DNA from: Thermotogota bacterium | GTDB taxonomy: Bacteria > Thermotogota > Thermotogae > Petrotogales > Kosmotogaceae | Assembly: GCA_034660555.1 (NCBI GenBank) | Contig: JAYEJL010000044.1 | Location: 1-62,961 of the forward strand | Length of the DNA stretch: 62,961 nt | Direction of reading: 5' to 3' | Made by a program: the position numbers and the translations under genes | Notes under the pieces: model-generated | Seen by the model: only the letters and a program-made list of their open reading frames with translations | Databases searched by the model: none | Told to the model about the DNA's origin: nothing | Shown: in pieces, positions 59,811 through 62,961 of the stretch | Position numbering within the stretch: position 1 is the first letter of the stretch | Layout of the letters: every line of letters begins with the position of its first letter

Positions 59811-60417
59811 AAACTCTAATTCCTCCAGATTTAACAAGTGTTCTCACATTAGAGAAAACTGTTTTCATTATTTTTTCGATACGTGAGCCGCCTTTATTAT
59901 GGTAAGCTACAACGTTAAATCTTCCTTCCTTTTTGAGATGGGAAGGCGCTTCGGTTATCATCTTTTTCCACACATCTTTTCCAGCTGCAAATGGAGGATT
60001 AAGAACTATGGAATCAAACCTATTTTCATTCCATGGCTCGTAAATGTTACCAACTCGAATTACCGCTTCAATGTTATTGTCTCTGGCGTTAATCTTTGAT
60101 AATGTGAAAGCACGTTCATTGATATCACTCATGTAAAGTTCAATATCCGAGTGTTTTTTCTTTAGAGAAATACCTACCAATCCATAGCCGCAACCAAGAT
60201 CAAGTAATGAACCATGAGTGTTTATTTCGCAGTGCTCAATTAATAGCTGACTGGCACGATCTACCCGTGAAAATGAAAAAACACCTGAGGCAGTGACGAA
60301 AAAAAACTTAATACCGTTACTTAGATTCAATGCGACGGTTTTTTTCTTGAAAGGTGAAGTAGGTTTCTTTGAATAATAATGCTGAAATTTATCTTTGTTC
60401 TGATTATTCTCTATCAA
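59791..60417 (-). CDS. Class I SAM-dependent methyltransferase (RsmC/YbxB-like)
   Basis: HY+S..P, GVFS...VD..S.LL, LDLGCGYG, D.N.RA, NPP..AG. Confidence 0.87.
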   Translation of the reverse strand: MIENNQNKDKFQHYYSKKPTSPFKKKTVALNLSNGIKFFFVTASGVFSFSRVDRASQLLIEHCEINTHGSLLDLGCGYGLVGISLKKKHSDIELYMSDINERAFTLSKINARDNNIEAVIRVGNIYEPWNENRFDSIVLNPPFAAGKDVWKKMITEAPSHLKKEGRFNVVAYHNKGGSRIEKIMKTVFSNVRTLVKSGGIRVYVSVKL

Positions 60418-60420
60418 TAA

Positions 60421-60759
60421 TTAACCAAGCCTTCCGATTTTTCTTCCACCGATTATGTGAAAATGAAGATGATTGATTTCCTGACCCGCATCATTTCCAT
60501 TATTCAAAATCAATCTATAACCAGATTTTTTGATATTTTCTTTTTTTGCAATTTTATCAATGAGTTGAAACATTTCCTGTAATGCCTCGCCACCAAGTGC
60601 CTGGAGTGATATAGGGCTGTCAATGTGTTGCTTGGGAACTACCAGCACGTGTGTCGGAGCTACGGGATTAACATCCCGGAAAGCAATAAAATTATTTGTT
60701 TCTTCAACAATATCAGCATTTACTTCTCCACTAACTATGCGGCAAAAAATGCAAGCCAT
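60421..60759 (-). CDS. Histidine triad (HIT) nucleotide-binding protein
   Basis: CIFC, F.D.NP.APTH.LV.PK.H, GQ...HLHFHIIGG. Confidence 0.93.
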   Translation of the reverse strand: MACIFCRIVSGEVNADIVEETNNFIAFRDVNPVAPTHVLVVPKQHIDSPISLQALGGEALQEMFQLIDKIAKKENIKKSGYRLILNNGNDAGQEINHLHFHIIGGRKIGRLG

Positions 60760-60770
60760 TTTACTCCCTC

Positions 60771-61445
60771 CTATTTTTTCTTTTTGAAATCAAGCATGTG
60801 TTTTCTTAGCAATTCGGTGATGAGCTCTGCCGGGTAATGCCCAAACTTTTCAAAGTTCATGCTGAAATCCTTTTCGCTGTTCTCATCACAATAATCGAGA
60901 ACTACTTTTAACACTGTAAATCCAACATTATTTATTGATGCAACTCTGGCAAGCACAGCAGAATCCATATCCAGACACCTGGCATTAAACCGATTTCGCA
61001 ATGAATCTCTTTCTTTTTTACTCATTACGATTTTGTCTCCAGATATTATCTTACAAAATTTGATTTTTCTGGCGTGCTCCCTTAGATGTTGCATGGCTGG
61101 AGTTTCATCTGTGTTTACACTTACCATACCAGAACGCATTGGTAGAAAGACATCGTACTGCTGGAATTCAGTACCCACAACCAGTGTGCCGGGTTCTAAA
61201 CTATCATCCAGAGCTCCAGCACCAGATGTAAAAATAATCTGATTCGGTTTAAATATATCAATGAATTTTTGAGTTATTACTGCAGTTTCAACTTTTCCTA
61301 CAAATCCACTTGTGGCAACTATCTCGTTTTGTCCGATTACACCACGATTGTATGTTCTACCAAGAATTTCACCAGTTTCCAAAGTGATCATGTTATCTAT
61401 AACTGGCTTAATCTCGGGCAGGAAAACTCCTGTTGAAAGGATCAT
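60771..61445 (-). CDS. MTA/SAH nucleosidase (phosphorylase family) homolog
   Basis: G.VGKV..A, G.AG.L, ISGD, DMDSA (xME position), K...D..D; ATG 61445 follows AAGGGAG. Confidence 0.75.
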   Translation of the reverse strand: MILSTGVFLPEIKPVIDNMITLETGEILGRTYNRGVIGQNEIVATSGFVGKVETAVITQKFIDIFKPNQIIFTSGAGALDDSLEPGTLVVGTEFQQYDVFLPMRSGMVSVNTDETPAMQHLREHARKIKFCKIISGDKIVMSKKERDSLRNRFNARCLDMDSAVLARVASINNVGFTVLKVVLDYCDENSEKDFSMNFEKFGHYPAELITELLRKHMLDFKKKK

Positions 61446-61520
61446 TTTCCTCACTCCCTTCTCTAAAACCATTATACAACTTTAAGAAAAAGGAGAGCAC
61501 TATAGATAATATCTCTTCAA

Positions 61521-61859
61521 TTATTCATTAACGTCTTCAACATCTTCTTTTTCAAGATTTTCAACGTATCTTTGCCATTCTTTTTTAAGATGATTAAATT
61601 CTTCATCATCAAGAGAATCAAGATATGCGTTTCCCTCTTCATCTCTTTCAACTCTGAACGCAACATATGCATCTTCATTGAGTTCTACCTTGTTATCATC
61701 TTTGAAATTTGCCTCCTGACATATCCAATAGGTTTTTCCTCCGGTTTCAAATTCAGCTATGAGTGCAAAATCTTGTTCTTCATCGTTTTCATCGGTTATA
61801 GAGAAAAATTCAAGTTCTTCCTCATTTTGCTGATTAATGTTCTCATTATTTGCTGGCAT
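61521..61859 (-). CDS. DUF1292-like acidic protein
   Basis: I.DE...E..F.....F......Y, +R...D......L....DDEEF; SD AAGGAGG before ATG 61859. Confidence 0.7.
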   Translation of the reverse strand: MPANNENINQQNEEELEFFSITDENDEEQDFALIAEFETGGKTYWICQEANFKDDNKVELNEDAYVAFRVERDEEGNAYLDSLDDEEFNHLKKEWQRYVENLEKEDVEDVNE

Positions 61860-61945
61860 AATTTGCCTCCTTAAAGATTTCATTGGTTTGTTATCTAATG
61901 TTACCATTATTCTTAAATTAATGATTTACTTTGAGTTTAATGGGC

Positions 61946-61976
61946 AAAAAAGAGCCGGGATCACTCCCGGCTTTTT
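61946..61976. terminator. Rho-independent terminator (bidirectional form)
   Basis: AAAAAAGAGCCGGGA-TCAC-TCCCGGCTTTTT, 15 nt after the stop of the 61991 gene. Confidence 0.88.
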
Positions 61977-61990
61977 CTTAAGACAAAATT

Positions 61991-62818
61991 TTACCAGTAA
62001 ATAATATTCATCAACAGTTGCATGTTGTCATGAACGTCTATGAATTCTCCACTAATATTACCGTATACATCATCTCCAAAAATATTTACATCGGGAATTG
62101 CTATTACTTTTCCTGAGCCTACATAATCAACTCCAATTATTGGAACAGCGATAGATACCTGAGAGTCAACTTCCGATCCTTTAAATAGTACTGAAGCAGA
62201 ATCACTACTATCACTTTGCACATTAAAAGGTTCAGTGACATTAACTGTTGAAGATTCAGCAACAACTTCAGCATCACCGAAAACGTCTAATGTGCATGCT
62301 ACGAAGAGAACTATAGAATCAAGGGAATCGACAACAGGATGGCTGGAAAAATCTTTTATCACTGGCCAATAATACTCCTGGTAATAATTGACATAATCAT
62401 AAATAATGTTAGCCTCAAAACGAATATCAACATTGAGATAACTGAGCATATTGTTTAAATAGCTGTTATTCCAGTAAGCTGTTTTTTCGCCAAGAGTGAC
62501 TAATGTGCCTCCATTTCGCAGGAAACTGTCCACCTTATCTCCTTCCGAATAACTGTAAGCAGAAAAAGGCGCATCAAGGATTAAAATATCGTATTGGGAA
62601 GGAACAAAACCAACTTCTGAGGTGAAATCAACCGTATGATACATTGATTCAAGCTTACTTATTAAAGTTCCGAAGAAATTTTCTTTAGTGTAACCATCAT
62701 AATAGTTTTCATTGGCATGTGTGTTATCTATCAATATCTTTTTTGCCAGCAAACGTAAGGTTGGTGCGCAGGAAATTAAACTTAGAAATACAGCAACTAA
62801 AATAGACAGCGTAAAATT
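61991..62818 (-). pseudogene. DUF4350/GldG-like (class I GATase-like fold) lipoprotein with its 5' end removed by an IS insertion
   Basis: ILID.TH..., YDILI...P....S..E......F...GG.L...G, G.GKV....D..IF..., N..L..NI..W. The frame continues upstream of the ORF-track start as NFTLSILVAVFLSLISC (lipobox), with no ATG/GTG/TTG upstream of the lipobox before the IS sequence. Confidence 0.65.
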
Positions 62819-62961
62819 GATGCTGTAAAAAGATAAAAGCCCTGTATCCTATAATAGGACAAACCTATATAAAGGAGGGATACAGGGCATGAAACTAAAG
62901 AATATTATACAACAGTTTCTAGTAGAAAACGAGGAAGGATTGAAACAACTATTCACCTATT
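62819..62961 (+). mobile_element. Left end of an IS256-family-like insertion sequence (truncated by the window edge)
   Basis: Abrupt junction in the lipoprotein signal peptide; end sequence GATGCTGTAAAAAG resembles the G...TGTAAA termini of IS256-family elements; transposase-like ORF start follows. Confidence 0.6.
62889..62961 (+). CDS. Probable IS256-family transposase N-terminus (partial)
   Basis: SD AAAGGAGG, then ATG MKLKNIIQQFLVENEEGLKQLFTY, recalled as similar to N-termini of IS256-family transposases of anaerobes; only 24 codons are visible. Confidence 0.55.
   Translation, partial: MKLKNIIQQFLVENEEGLKQLFTY

Overview
Low-GC, gene-dense bacterial chromosomal segment. The gene content points to Thermotogota, probably Kosmotoga/Mesotoga/Petrotoga-like (an inference from an SLH + coiled-coil Omp-alpha-like protein, a giant LptF/G-fusion protein, a GH4 phospho-glucosidase and a Na+-type ATP synthase c subunit). 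It is mostly core housekeeping DNA: a sugar ABC/GH4/kinase cluster, rnr, pfk, amrA-amrS, apbE-nusG-II-Gx, maf-radC, deoC, tgt, a three-tRNA operon (Lys-Leu-Gly), coaX, folK, RNase P RNA, a ychF-like gene, tatD, polA, a complete atp operon, aspS-cmk-ispH/rpsA-der-plsY, asnS-ruvB-yggT-nadK-phoU, udg, galE-like, rarA, a macrodomain gene, ccdA-thioredoxin and ECF ATPases. The left end of an IS256-like element lies at the far right and decapitates a lipoprotein gene. The most striking observations are: (1) a 1455-aa LptF/G-LptD-like fusion with an internal signal-peptidase-like site between the inner-membrane and outer-membrane parts; (2) an IspH-S1 fusion with a strong internal RBS/ATG at the S1 boundary; (3) a hairpin between the SD and ATG of the GH4 gene; (4) an IS end with an inverted repeat covering the transposase RBS region; (5) a CsoR-like operator in front of a doubly frameshifted ccdA. 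All calls come from reading motifs by eye; no database search was run. No CRISPR array, rRNA or prophage was seen.
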